DNA of 64,000 bases from NCBI GenBank assembly GCA_026770705.1, contig JANJGN010000038.1, forward strand, positions 2,232,001 to 2,296,000. Reading direction: 5' to 3'. The notes under the pieces were generated by a model that worked only from the letters and a program-made list of their open reading frames with translations, searched no databases and was not told the DNA's origin. The stretch's first letter is position 1; every line of letters starts with the position of its first letter. Of the stretch, positions 12,321-23,200 are shown piece by piece. A program made the position numbers and the translations under genes. The DNA is from Isurus oxyrinchus. Its lineage: Eukaryota.

Positions 12321-14682
12321 AAACAAAAACAGAATTACCTGGAAAAACTCAGCAGGTCTGGCAGCATCGGCAGAGAAGAAAAGAGTTGACGTTTTGAGTC
12401 CTCATGACCCTTCGACAGAACTTGATTTCGAGTCCAAGAAAGAGTTGAAATATAAGCTGGTTTAAGGTGTGTGTGTGGGGGGCGGAGAGATAGAGAGAGA
12501 GAGGTGGTTGTGTAGACAAACAAGCAGTGATAGAAGCAGATCATCAAAAGATGTCAGCGACAATGGTACAAAAGAACACATAGGTGTTAAAGTTAAAGTT
12601 GGTGATATTATCTAAACGAATGTGCTAATTAAGAATGGATGGTAGGGCACTCAAGGTACAGTTCTAGTGGGGGTGGAGGGAGCATAAAAGATTTTAAAAT
12701 ATTTAAAAATAATGGAAATAGGTGGGAAAAGAAAAATCTATAAAATTTATAGAGAAAAAAAAGGAAAAAGGGGGAAACAGAAAGGGGGTGGGGATGGGGG
12801 AGGGAGCTCACGACCTAAAGTTGTTGAATTCAATATTCAGACCGGAAGGCTGTAAGGTGCCTAGTCGGAAGATGAGGTGTTGTTCCTCCAGTTTGCGTTG
12901 GGCTTCACTGGAACAATGCAGCAAGCCAAGGACAGACATGTGGGCAAGAGAGCAGGGTGGAGTGTTAAAATGGCAAGCGACAGGGAGGTTTGGGTCATTC
13001 TTGCGGACAGACCGCAGGTGTTCTGCAAAGCGGTCGCCCAGTTTACGTTTGGTCTCTCCAATGTAGAGGAGACCACATTGGGAGCAACGAATGCAGTAGA
13101 CTAAGTTGGGGGAAATGCAAGTGAAATGCTGCTTCACTTGAAAGGAATGTTTGGGCCCTTGGACGGTGAGGAGAGAGGAAGTGAAGGGGCAGGTGTTACA
13201 TCTTTTGCGTGGGCATGGGGTGGTGCCATAGGAGGGGGCTGAGGAGTAGGGGGTGATGGAGGAGTGGACCAGGGTGTCCCGGAGGGAGCGATCCCTACGG
13301 AATGCCGATAAGGGGGGTGAAGGGAAGATGTGTTTGGTGGTGGCATCATGCTGGAGCTGGCGGAAATGGCGGAGGATGATCCTTTGAATGCGGAGGCTGG
13401 TGGGGTGATAAGTGAGGACAAGGGGGACCCTATCATGTTTCTGGGAGGGAGGAGAAGGCGTGAGGGCGGATGCGCGGGAGATGGGCCGGACACGGTTGAG
13501 GGCCCTGTCAACGACCGTGGGTGGAAAACCTCGGTTAAGGAAGAAGGAGGACATGTCAGAGGAACCGTTTTTGAAGGTAGCATCATCGGAACAGATGCGA
13601 CGAAGGCGAAGGAACTGGGAGAATGGGATGGAGTCCTTACAGGAAGCGGGGTGTAAGGAGCTGTAGTCGAGGTAGTTGTGGGAGTCGGTGGGTTTGTAAT
13701 GGATATTGGTGGACAGTCTATCACCAGAGATTGAGACAGAGAGGTCAAGGAAGGGAAGGGAAGTGTCAGAGATGGACCAGGTGAAAATGATGGAGGGGTG
13801 GAGATTGGAAGCAAAATTAATAAATTTTTCCAAGTCCCGACGAGAGCATGAAGCGGCACCGAAGTAATCATCGATGTACCGGAGAAAAAGTTGTGGAAGG
13901 GGGCCGGAGTAGGACTGCAACAAGGAATGTTCCACATACCCCATAAAGAGACAGGCATAGCTGGGGCCCATGCGGGTACCCATAGCCACACCTTTTATTT
14001 GGAGAAAGTGAGAGGAGTTGAAGGAGAAATTGTTCAACGTGAGAACAAGTTCAGCCAGACGGAGGAGAGTAGTGGTGGATGGGGATTGTTCGGGCCTCTG
14101 TTCGAGGAAGAAGCTAAGGGCCCTCAGACCATCCTGGTGGGGGATGGAGGTGTAGAGGGATTGGACGTCCATGGTGAAGAGGAAGCGGTTGGAGCCAGGG
14201 AACTGGAAATTGTTGATGTGACGTAAGGTGTCAGAGGAATCACGGATGTAGGTGGGAAGGGACTGGACAAGGGGAGAGAGAAGGGAGTCAAGATAACGAG
14301 AAATGAGTTCTGTGGGGCAGGAGCAAGCTGAGACGATCGGTCTACCGGGGCAGTTCTGTTTGTGGATTTTGGGTAGGAGATAGAAGCGGGCCGTCCGAGG
14401 TTGGGCGACTATCAGGTTGGAAGCTGTGGGAGGGAGATCCCCAGAGGAGATGAGGTCAGTGACAGTCCTGGAAACAATGGCTTGATGTTCAGTGGTGGGG
14501 TCATGGTCCAGGGAGAGGTAGGAGGAAGTGTCTGCGAGTTGACACTCAGCCTCCGCGAGGTAGAGGTCAGTGTGCCAGACAACAACAGCACCACCCTTGT
14601 CAGCGGGTTTGATGACAATGTCAGGGTTGAACCTGAGAGAATGGAGTGCAGTAAGTTCAGAGAGAGACAGGTTAGAATGGGT
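12321..14682 (-). mobile_element. Penelope-like retroelement (Neptune clade), 5'-truncated, with 3' pseudo-LTR
   Basis: RT plus GIY-YIG ORF followed by a pLTR (about 12321-12807) shared with four other copies. Possible 8-bp TSD AAATTTTA at 12313-12320 and 14683-14690. Confidence 0.95.
12808..14682 (-). CDS. Penelope RT + zinc knuckle + GIY-YIG endonuclease, open for about 625 codons (N-terminus missing)
   Basis: Manual translation upstream of the tracked Met 14172 stays open (IKPADKGGAVVV, FYLLPKIHK, PGRPIVS). Downstream motifs: MDVQSLYT, GVAMG, RYIDD, CPRKRCNTC linker, LVYCIRCSQCGLLYIGET. Confidence 0.92.
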   Translation of the reverse strand, partial: THSNLSLSELTALHSLRFNPDIVIKPADKGGAVVVWHTDLYLAEAECQLADTSSYLSLDHDPTTEHQAIVSRTVTDLISSGDLPPTASNLIVAQPRTARFYLLPKIHKQNCPGRPIVSACSCPTELISRYLDSLLSPLVQSLPTYIRDSSDTLRHINNFQFPGSNRFLFTMDVQSLYTSIPHQDGLRALSFFLEQRPEQSPSTTTLLRLAELVLTLNNFSFNSSHFLQIKGVAMGTRMGPSYACLFMGYVEHSLLQSYSGPLPQLFLRYIDDYFGAASCSRRDLEKFINFASNLHPSIIFTWSISDTSLPFLDLSVSISGDRLSTNIHYKPTDSHNYLDYSSLHPASCKDSIPFSQFLRLRRICSDDATFKNGSSDMSSFFLNRGFPPTVVDRALNRVRPISRASALTPSPPSQKHDRVPLVLTYHPTSLRIQRIILRHFRQLQHDATTKHIFPSPPLSAFRRDRSLRDTLVHSSITPYSSAPSYGTTPCPRKRCNTCPFTSSLLTVQGPKHSFQVKQHFTCISPNLVYCIRCSQCGLLYIGETKRKLGDRFAEHLRSVRKNDPNLPVACHFNTPPCSLAHMSVLGLLHCSSEAQRKLEEQHLIFRLGTLQPSGLNIEFNNFRS

Positions 14683-15178
14683 AAATTTTATACTATTTCA
14701 CTTATTCATAAGTAATTAATCAAAAGCTGTCGCCTCACACTGAAATCCTCACGAATCCACATATTGATAACAATATTTACCCTAGAATAAGCAAGCTCTT
14801 CTAAGTGCTGGTAGTGGTAAACTTGAAAAGAGCTTCTTTCACAGAATAATATGCCTTTAGTTATATTCTACTCTGATTTAATTTTACTGGTTCGACAACT
14901 CCTAGGAGTGAAGCTATTTAATTTCAGGACAGAGCTTTTAGAAGGTAAAGTTGACTAGGTTATTTTAACGAACTTTTTCTCTTAGTTGATGTTATAAGCT
15001 AAAATTAAGTTTGAGTGGGTAGGTTTACCATTCCATGTGGAAAAGATTGTATAATCATAAACAGATAGGCATAAAACCTCCTGCCAATTTCTTTATAATC
15101 TACTTTACTTCATCCTCCAATGTCAATATCTGCTTCATTAATTCTTCTTCCTAAAGATACGGTTCTAACTGGAGCTGA

Positions 15179-15217
15179 GGTTTTTGTACGGCGCTGTCGC
15201 CCCTTACTACACGTGTG
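15179..15217 (-). promoter_or_regulatory. 23-bp-spacer recombination signal sequence (RSS)
   Basis: Minus strand reads CACACGT (15217-15211), exactly 23 nt, then the consensus nonamer ACAAAAACC (15187-15179), directly after the codons TTC TGT GCT GTA. Confidence 0.85.
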
Positions 15218-15465
15218 TACAGCACAGAAGTGTCTGTGAGACTCAAAGCTGAGATAGTCAGGGGGCTGCTTTTATCCAAGCTTCAACTGACGGCTCTAAA
15301 TCGACCTTTTTGTTCACCGTTTGTTGACGCCATTATCAGCAACTTTGGGCTCTGATTTGGAGGCTTAACGTACCAATATATCACAGGGAATGGGATGGTT
15401 GTGCGGCAGTGCATCAATATCATTTTCTGTTCAGCCGGAGTCTCTGATGGATAAGTTTGTATAAC

Positions 15466-16523
15466 AAAAACAGAATTACCTGGAAAACCTCAGCAGGTCT
15501 GGCAGCATCGGCGGAGAAGAAAAGAGTTGACGTTTCGAGTCCTCATGACCCTTCGACAGAACTTGATTTCGAGTCCAAGAAAGAGTTGAAATATAAGCTG
15601 GTTTAAGGTGTGTGTGTGGGGCGGAGAGAGAGAGAGAGAGGTGGTTGTGTAGACAAACAAGCAGTGATAGAAGCAGATCATCAAAAGATGTCAGCGACAA
15701 TAGTACAAAAGAACACATAGGTGTTAAAGTTAAAGTTGGTGATATTATCTAAACGAATGTGCTAATTAAGAATGGATGGTAGGGCACTCAAGGTACAGAT
15801 CTAGTGGGGGTGGAGGGAGCATAAAAGATTTTAAAATATTTAAAAATAATGGAAATAGGTGGGAAAAGAAAAATCTATAAAATTTATAGGGAAAAAAAAG
15901 GGGAAAAGGGGGAAACAGAAAGGGGGTGGGCATGGGGGAGGGAGCTCACGACCTAAAGTTGTTGAACTCAATATTCAGACCAGAAGGCTGTAAGGTGCCT
16001 AGTCGGAAGATGAGGTGTTGTTCCTCCCCACCCCCTTTCTGTTTCCCCCTTTTCCCCTTTTTTCTCCCTATAAATTTTATAGATTTTTCTTTTCCCACCT
16101 ATTTCCATTATTTTTAAATATTTTAAAATCTTTTATGCTCCCTCCACCCCCACTAGAGCTGTACCTTGAGTGCCCTACCATCCATTCTTAATTAGCACAT
16201 TCGTTTAGATAATATCACCAACTTTATCTTTAACACCTATGTGTTCTTTTGTACCATTGTCGCTGACATCTTTTGATGATCTGCTTCTATCACTGCTTGT
16301 TTGTCTACACAACCACCTCTCTCTCTCCGCCCCACACACACACCTTAAACCAGCTTATATTTCAACTCTTTCTTGGACTCGAAATCAAGTTCTGTCGAAG
16401 GGTCATGAGGACTCGAAACGTCAACTCTTTTCTTCTCCGCCGATGCTGCCAGACCTGCTGAGTTTTTCCAGGTAATTCTGTTTTTCTTTTGGATTTCCAG
16501 CATCCGCAGTTTTGTTTTGTTTT
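15466..16523. mobile_element. Fold-back Penelope insertion: inverted pLTR plus ORF end (15466-16026) joined to a forward pLTR with tail (16027-16523)
   Basis: Arms are near-perfect reverse complements. Exact 14-bp TSD TAAGTTTGTATAAC at 15452-15465 and 16524-16537. Confidence 0.95.
16388..16426 (+). ncRNA. Minimal hammerhead-ribozyme-like motif in the pLTR (non-canonical core CUGUCGA)
   Basis: agtt CTGTCGA A GGGTC atgag GACTC GAAAC GTC aact gives stem I, stem II, GAAA and a GUC site. Other copies: 12384-12422(-), 15525-15563(-), 20344-20382(-), 23446-23484(+). Confidence 0.7.
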
Positions 16524-18020
16524 TAAGTTTGTATAACGTCTGTTTAACCTGCAAGACACAAAGTGAGCACTAGAGCAAAGCCACCAGCTCTAATCATGCC
16601 CAACAGGTAACTCCGAAATATAGGAGCAGGTGGATGACTTTCAACTCTTCAGCCCTGCTCCAAATTCATCTAGTTCTCAATTGGTCTGAAGCCTAAATTT
16701 ATTTATCCTCCTTAGCCCAATATACCATGATACAATTGTGCTTAGCTAAGGAACATCTTGAAAATATAGTGAAAAGGTACAAAGAGCACAAACATATATA
16801 ATAATGAGGCAAGATACCCCTTGAAAAATTAGAGTCTAAATGTGGCAGGGAACAAGGGGGTCTACAGTGACTGGTGCAAGTTCCGTAGCGACAGAGTTTA
16901 TCCACGCAATTTGACACACACAACAAAAACTGAGTTTCATTTCTAAAGGGAGGAAACTGAAAATCAGAAAAGTTGCATTACTGTTACATTGAGACCCGTT
17001 GGATCACACGTGAGAATCTCCAACCACAGTTCTAGTCTTCATTTCGATAAATTTGTTTTTACTCGCATGACAAGAAATTTGAGATCATAATGGCTAGATA
17101 TCTTGCAGACGCTGTGTCTCTTATCTCGAGAAATGAGTAAAGTGGGTTACACCCTGATAAATATTTTTGGGTTACAGAAGTGTTTGTTAAAATATATATA
17201 GGGCAAACGTATCAACTTGTGGGAATTACTAGAAGTGGTTGTATCAATATAAGATAGATGAAGAGTTATTGGGGCATTCTCTTGCTTAGCGTAATCAGCC
17301 GCACAGACCTGCTGGGCTGAGTGCCCTGTTTCTGTGCTGTATATCCTGTAATTCTACTTAATGCTTTGAATGAATCAAATCCAAATACTTTGGAGGCAAG
17401 AGCTTCGGATTCATAACCCTCTGCATGGAAGAAATTCAGTTTCTCCTCAAATATAGCCTACCTCTAATTGTAATATTATACACCCTCATCCTTTATTCTC
17501 CGAAAGAAGAATTATTTTTCTGTCAAATAGTTTAACACTAAATCACCTCGAACAGACCTCCTTTCAATATTCTATAGTCAATGGAATAAACTGACAATTC
17601 TGCAACCTCTCCACACAATTTAATATTCTGTCCCTAGTATCCTGCAGGTCAATCTGTGCTGTATTAACTCGGAAGCAACTTTATGTTGCCTGTGGTGAGG
17701 AGCACAGAGCTGAATGCATTCATGTAGATACCGTCTGAGCAGACTACTGATGCCTAACTTTTGCCGCTACCTGTCCCAGTTATCTTCCAATAAGGACTTA
17801 CCTCCTTTCGCCATTCCGATTGTATTTTCTTCACCTCTACACGATTTCAATGATTGTAAAAGAGGACAATTTAGTATCATTAAAATCCTTCTTTTCTCCG
17901 TGGTTAAAGTTTGAAGATTCAAGGTGAATGCCCTCACACCTGCCCACAGTAAGCTCAATCTGCCACATTGTCTCTATTCATTTATTTTATCAACTTCCTT
18001 CTTACATCTACATACATAAT

Positions 18021-18555
18021 TGTTGCGGAAAAACCGAGTGAACACTCAGACCCAGGAGGTTTGTCTCGGAAGCCTTTTATTATAATCGTGATATCACAGA
18101 GAGCCCAACAGCATAGAACAGAGCTAGCCGGCACTCTAACTAACACCGCTTTACACACATAACTATAGCAAAAGGTTCGTGACAGAAACTTGGGCAATTA
18201 CAATAGTTTCAAATGGTTTCAAAGGATAGCGATCAGTGTTAATGATTTAACGATTAGACACGACAATGTCAATGGTTTAGCAAATAGAGAGGACAATGTC
18301 GATGGTTCAACAAATAGATAGTGTTAATGGTTACATATCCTGGGCAATGCACACACAATAGTTTTTTTCTCTTAGATTTTGCCACCGTATCTGACATCCG
18401 GAGCCCCTTTGTCTGGGAAGGTAGCACTGGCTCTTTGATTTGCTAATTTATGTGCTGGCTGTGTGACTGTTTGGGGACATTCTACAGTAATTTCATTATA
18501 CATGTATTTTTAGTTTTTTTCTCTCATAAGTATAGATGTATTTTATTCTTCAACA
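18021..18555 (-). mobile_element. ERV 3' LTR (535 bp)
   Basis: TGTTG...CAACA termini, polypurine tract AAGGAGGGAT immediately upstream on minus (18556-18565), AATAAA on minus at 18076-18081. Confidence 0.85.
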
Positions 18556-18599
18556 ATCCCTCCTTGTTAATCTTTTAGATTAAACACATCTTCATCATC

Positions 18600-19580
18600 A
18601 AAAGGGGGCTCATAACCATAAGGAAAAGGCCAATCACTGGCAGGGTAAACTTTTTCTCCCCACCAGGGGTTTCACTGGGGCCAGTGCGTATCAATTGAGG
18701 GACAAAGGGAGCTCCTCCTAATCCAGTGGTGACTCCAGTCATAGCTCCATTAATACATGGGTACAGCAAATCCTCATAGTAGCACATGCACAACACCCTA
18801 TAACACCTAATAAAACTAACCCAATTAAAACATCAGCAGCTAACTTTCCCAACTGGCGAACCACCCCGTTACTGTAGCCCGCCAGGAATCCTTGTTATAA
18901 ACACTGCTCAACCTTTCCCCAACTTTCTTTATTTCTCACACTTTATCCATAACATGCTGTTCCAGGTCAATAATATTCTCAGAAACATCAGGCACATAGG
19001 CGCAGCATTCTGAGCCTATTATGGCACAAGTGCCACCTTTTTCAGCTAGGAGGAAATCAAGGGCCATTCTATTTTGTTGAGCTGTCAGCCGTAGGGCTAA
19101 CATTTCAGCAGTGGTGTCTGAAATCTGTTTCTGGGTCTCAATAAAAGCATTTTCCGTTGAATTGGCAAATTTTTCAAGCGCAGCTGCCAGGTTGATAACC
19201 TCTCGGGAGTTACGCACAGTTCCACAAGAGGGGATAGCAATCATCCAGCATCGTTCAGATTTTGAGATGTTACGACGATGGAGACGCAGATGCGGGTGAA
19301 TATCTGATGCTACAGGGCTGCCAGACAACGAGTGGCTTGGACCCAATCTTCCTTCCCTTTAATCTTCAGGGCTGTACGAGTTGTTAGCAGCACCAGATAG
19401 GGTCCTTTCCACTCTCTCATGCAATTCAGCTGTTGTTTTGCATTGAGGAAAATGAGTACAAATCCAACATTCAGTCCGATGAACTTGCAAGGCTACGGCC
19501 TGTATTTGTTGAACCACAGAATTGGTATTCCATGCCCCTGCAAGGACCATGCAGGACAGGATCCAAATCATTCCGATGGC
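18600..19580 (-). pseudogene. env: Gamma-type retroviral env (frameshifted, short)
   Basis: Signal peptide MIWILSCMVLAGA, SU CWIC motif, basic cleavage site RLHRR, immunosuppressive domain QQNRMALDFLLAEKGG, CX6CC (CAIIGSECC), hydrophobic TM near 18780-18840. Confidence 0.9.
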
Positions 19581-19617
19581 TCAGTTAAAGTTCTTGCACA
19601 AGCACTTCCGTCCGAGG

Positions 19618-20290
19618 TCAGCGTCTGTTTGACGTGCGATGTGTGGATCCACAAGTGCATCCTTCAATCTTCATGGCTGTATGGGTGGTGAGCAGGACTT
19701 GGAAAGGTTCTTCCCATCGAGGTTCCAAACAGTTCTTTCTACTGAAGGTCTTTACCAGGACTAGGTCCCCGGGCTGGTATTGATGGCAGTCTTCAGTGGT
19801 GGGCTTTTTCTGAGCTTCTACTACCTGTATATGTGAGCTCTTGAGACAGTTACTGTGAGAGCGCATAGTCATGAGCGCCAAGGGTAGAGCTTCAGGCCCT
19901 TTCAAACTGGTTTCTTCACATAATTTAGATAGTTTGTTTTTCAGAATACTATTTTGTCCTGCCATCGCTCCAGTAGACCGGGGGTGGTATGGGCAGGAAA
20001 GGTGATGGTTGCATTGTAAGGCCTTCAACAGTTCCTTTATCACTTCAGCAGTAAAATGAACAATTTTACAACAACAGCATCATTGCATTGGGTGGGATAC
20101 GCCTCCACCCATCGCAAGAACAAACACACTAGAATTAAAACATATTTATATCCCATACATTTAGGCATTTGTATAAAGTCCATTTGTAGGTGTGCAAATG
20201 GGCCCCATGGCTGGGGTCCCGTACCAGCAGTCACTGTGGGCGTCTTACCTGGGTTATGTCATTGACATAGGTATGACAGGTATTACTAAT
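19618..20290 (-). pseudogene. pol: Class I ERV integrase remnant
   Basis: PFAHLQMDFIQMPKC.GYKYVL..VC.F.RWVEAYPT, CPYHPRSTG..AGQNSILK, YQPGDLVLVK, LEPRWEEPFQVLLTT.TA.K. Confidence 0.92.
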
Positions 20291-20292
20291 AT

Positions 20293-23200
20293 AATTACCT
20301 GGAAAAACTCAGCAGGTCTGGCAGCATTGGCGGAGAAGAAAAGAGTTGATGTTTCGAGTCCTCATGACCCTTCGACAGAACTTGAGTTTGAATCCAAGAA
20401 AGAGTTGAAATATAAGCTGGTTTAAGGTGTGTGGGGGGGGGGGGGGAGAGAGAAAGAGAGAGACAGAGGTGGAGTGGGGTGTGGTTGTAGGGACAAACAA
20501 GCAGTGATAGAAGCAGATCATCAAAAGATGTCAACAACATAGGTGTTAAAGTTAAAGTTGGTGATATTATCTAAACAAATGTGCTAATTAAGAATGGATT
20601 TCTCGGACTGCTGTTCCCGTCACATTCTGAAATCCACACTCAGTGCCATGCGGCGCCATATGAACACACTCGACCTCTCCCTCCAGCAGCACCGCCGTAC
20701 CCTTTTTCAAAGCTGCACGTGCCCCCAGTTTCATTTTATCCTTCGGCTCATCCGACGCCTCAACAAGAAACTTTTTCTCTTTCTCCCAAGTGCTAAGGAA
20801 CACAAGCTCCAACAACTCATTGACACCAACACCCATCTAGTACCCCCCACCCCGGCCTGTCCCTCCGTCCCCACCCCATCTTCCAATCCCAACACCAGCC
20901 ATGTATTCACTATACCCCCTGACCTTCCCCTCTCCGATGCTGAACGTTCAGTGCTCAGCAAAGGACTTAGTTTCATACCCTTACGCCCTCACCTCAATGA
21001 ATTTCGGGCTCGGCACGATGCTGAACTCTTCTTCTGCCGTCTTCGTCTCCAGGCTCACTTCTTTGGGCAGGAGTCCTCTCCCAGTTCAACGGATCCTTTG
21101 ACCCATCTCCAATATTCTCCCTCCACCTGGACCCCTCCTTCTGGATTCTTACCTTCTCTTGATCTTTTCATTGAGAACTAGCAGCACGACATTAGTTGTC
21201 TCAATTTCTCCGCTCCTCTCACCCATTCTAACCTGTCTCTCTCTGAACTTACTGCACTCCATGCTTTCAGGTCCAACCCTGACATTGTCATCAAACCCAC
21301 TGACAAGGGTGGTGCTGTTGTTGTCTGGCGCACTGACCTCTACCTTGCGGAGGCTGAGCGTCAACTCACAGACACTTCCTCCTACCCCTCCCTGGACCAT
21401 GACCCCACCACTGAACATCAAGCCATTGTTTCCAGGACTGTCACTGACCTCATCTCCTCTGGGAATCTCCCTCCCACAGCTTCCAACCTGATAGTCGCCC
21501 AACCTCGGATGGCCCGCTTCTATCTCCTACGCAAAATCCACAAACAGAACTGCCCCGGTAGACCGATCGTCTCAGCTTGCTCCTGCCCCACAGAACTCAT
21601 TTCTCGTTATCTTGACTCCCTTCTCTCTCCCCTTGTCCAGTCCCTTCCCACCTACATCCGTGATTCCTCTGACACCTTACGTCACATCAACAATTTCCAG
21701 TTCCCTGGCCCCAACCGCTTCCTCTTCACGATGGACGTCCAATCCCTCTACACCTCCATCCCCCACCAGGATGATCTGAGGGCCCTTAGCTTCTTCCTCG
21801 AACAGAGGCCTGAAAAATCCCCATCCGCAAACTACTCTCCTCCGTCTGGCTGAACTTGTTCTCACGCTGAACAATTTCTCCTTCAACTCCTCTCACTTCC
21901 TCCAAATAAAAGGTGTGGCTATGGGTACCCACATGGGCCCCAGCTACACCTGTCTCTTTATGGGGTACGTGGAACATTCCTTGTTCCAGTCCTCCTCCGG
22001 CCCCCTTCCACAACTCTTTCTCCGGTACATCGATGATTACTTCAGTGCTGCTTCATCCTCTCGTCGGGACTTAGAAAAATTTATTGATTTTGCTTCCAAT
22101 CTCCACCCCTCCATCATTTTCACGTGGTCCATCTCTGACACTTCCCTTCCCTTCCTTGACCTCTCTGTCTCAATCTCTGGTGATAGACTGTCCACCAATA
22201 TTCATTACAAACCCACCGACTCCCACAGCTACCTCGACTACAGCTCTTCACACCCCGCTTCCTGTAAGGACTCCATCCCATTCTCTCAGTTCCTTCGCCT
22301 CCGTTGCATCTGTTCTGATGATGCTACCTTCAAAAACAGTTCCTCTGACATGTCCTCCTTCTTCCTTAACCGAGGCTTTCCACCCACAGTCGTTGATAGG
22401 GCCCTCAACCGTGTCCGGCCCATCTCCCGTGAATCTGCCCTCATGCCTTCTCCTTCCTCCCAGAAACATAATATGCTCCCCCTTGTCCTCACTTATCACC
22501 CCACCAGCCTCCGCATTCAAAGGATCATCTCCGCCATTTCCAGCATGATGCCACCACCAAATACATCTTCCCTGCACCCCCCCGGCGGCATTCCGTAGGG
22601 ATCATTCCCTCCGGGACACCCTGGTCCACTCCTCCATCACCCCCTACTCCTCAACCCCCTCCTTTGGCACCTCCCCATGCCCACGCAAAAGATGCAACAC
22701 CTGCCCCTTCACTTCCTCTCTCCTCACTATCCAAGGGCCCAAACAATCCTTTCAAGTGAAGCAGCATTTCACTTGCATTTCCCCCAACTTAGTCTACTGC
22801 ATTCGTTGCTCCCAATGTGGTCTCCTCTACATTGGAGAGACCAAACGTAAACTGGGCGACCACTTTGCAGAACACCTACGGTCTGTCCGCAAGAATGACC
22901 CAAACCTCCCTGTTGCTTGCCATTTTAACACTCCACCCTGCTCTCTTGCCCACATGTCTGTCCTCGGTTTGTTGCATTGTTCCAGTGAAGCCCAACGCAA
23001 ACTGGAGGAACAGCATCTCATCTTCCGACTAGGCACTTTACAGCCTTCCGGACTGAATATTGAATTCAACAACTTTAGATCTTGTCCACCCTCATCCATC
23101 CCCACCCCCTTTCTGTTTCTTCCCCCTTCCTTTTGTTTTTTCCAATAATTTATACAGACTTTTCTTTTCCCAAGTATTTCCATTATTTTTAAATCTTTTA

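Larger units (their letters stand above)
11488..14772. mobile_element. Possible solo-LTR-like element of about 0.9 kb, interrupted by the Penelope copy at 12321-14682
   Basis: Termini TGTTAT (11488) and ATAACA (14767-14772) are inverted repeats. No TSD found. Confidence 0.3.
15218..16548 (-). pseudogene. TCR V-alpha/delta-like V segment pseudogene split by a Penelope insertion
   Basis: Acceptor tcttgcag at 16549-16556. Removing the insert and one TSD gives G*TDVIQTYPSETPAEQKMILMHCRTTIPFPVIYWYVKPPNQSPKLLIMASTNGEQKGRFRAVS*SLDKSSPLTISALSLTDT/FCAV followed by the 23-RSS. Two stops and a small deletion before Cys2. Confidence 0.85.

Noticed and set aside
13134-13991. 285-aa Pro/Ser-rich ORF and other ORFs overlapping Penelope copies
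   Set aside because: Alternate or antisense frames of the C-rich RT ORF.
15160-15312. Resemblance to a histone H2B 3' end and histone stem-loop
   Set aside because: Weak match; the same bases are better explained as a V exon plus RSS on the minus strand.
15464-15472. ACAAAAACA nonamer-like text at Penelope arm ends
   Set aside because: Part of the T-rich pLTR end with no properly spaced heptamer; likely coincidence.
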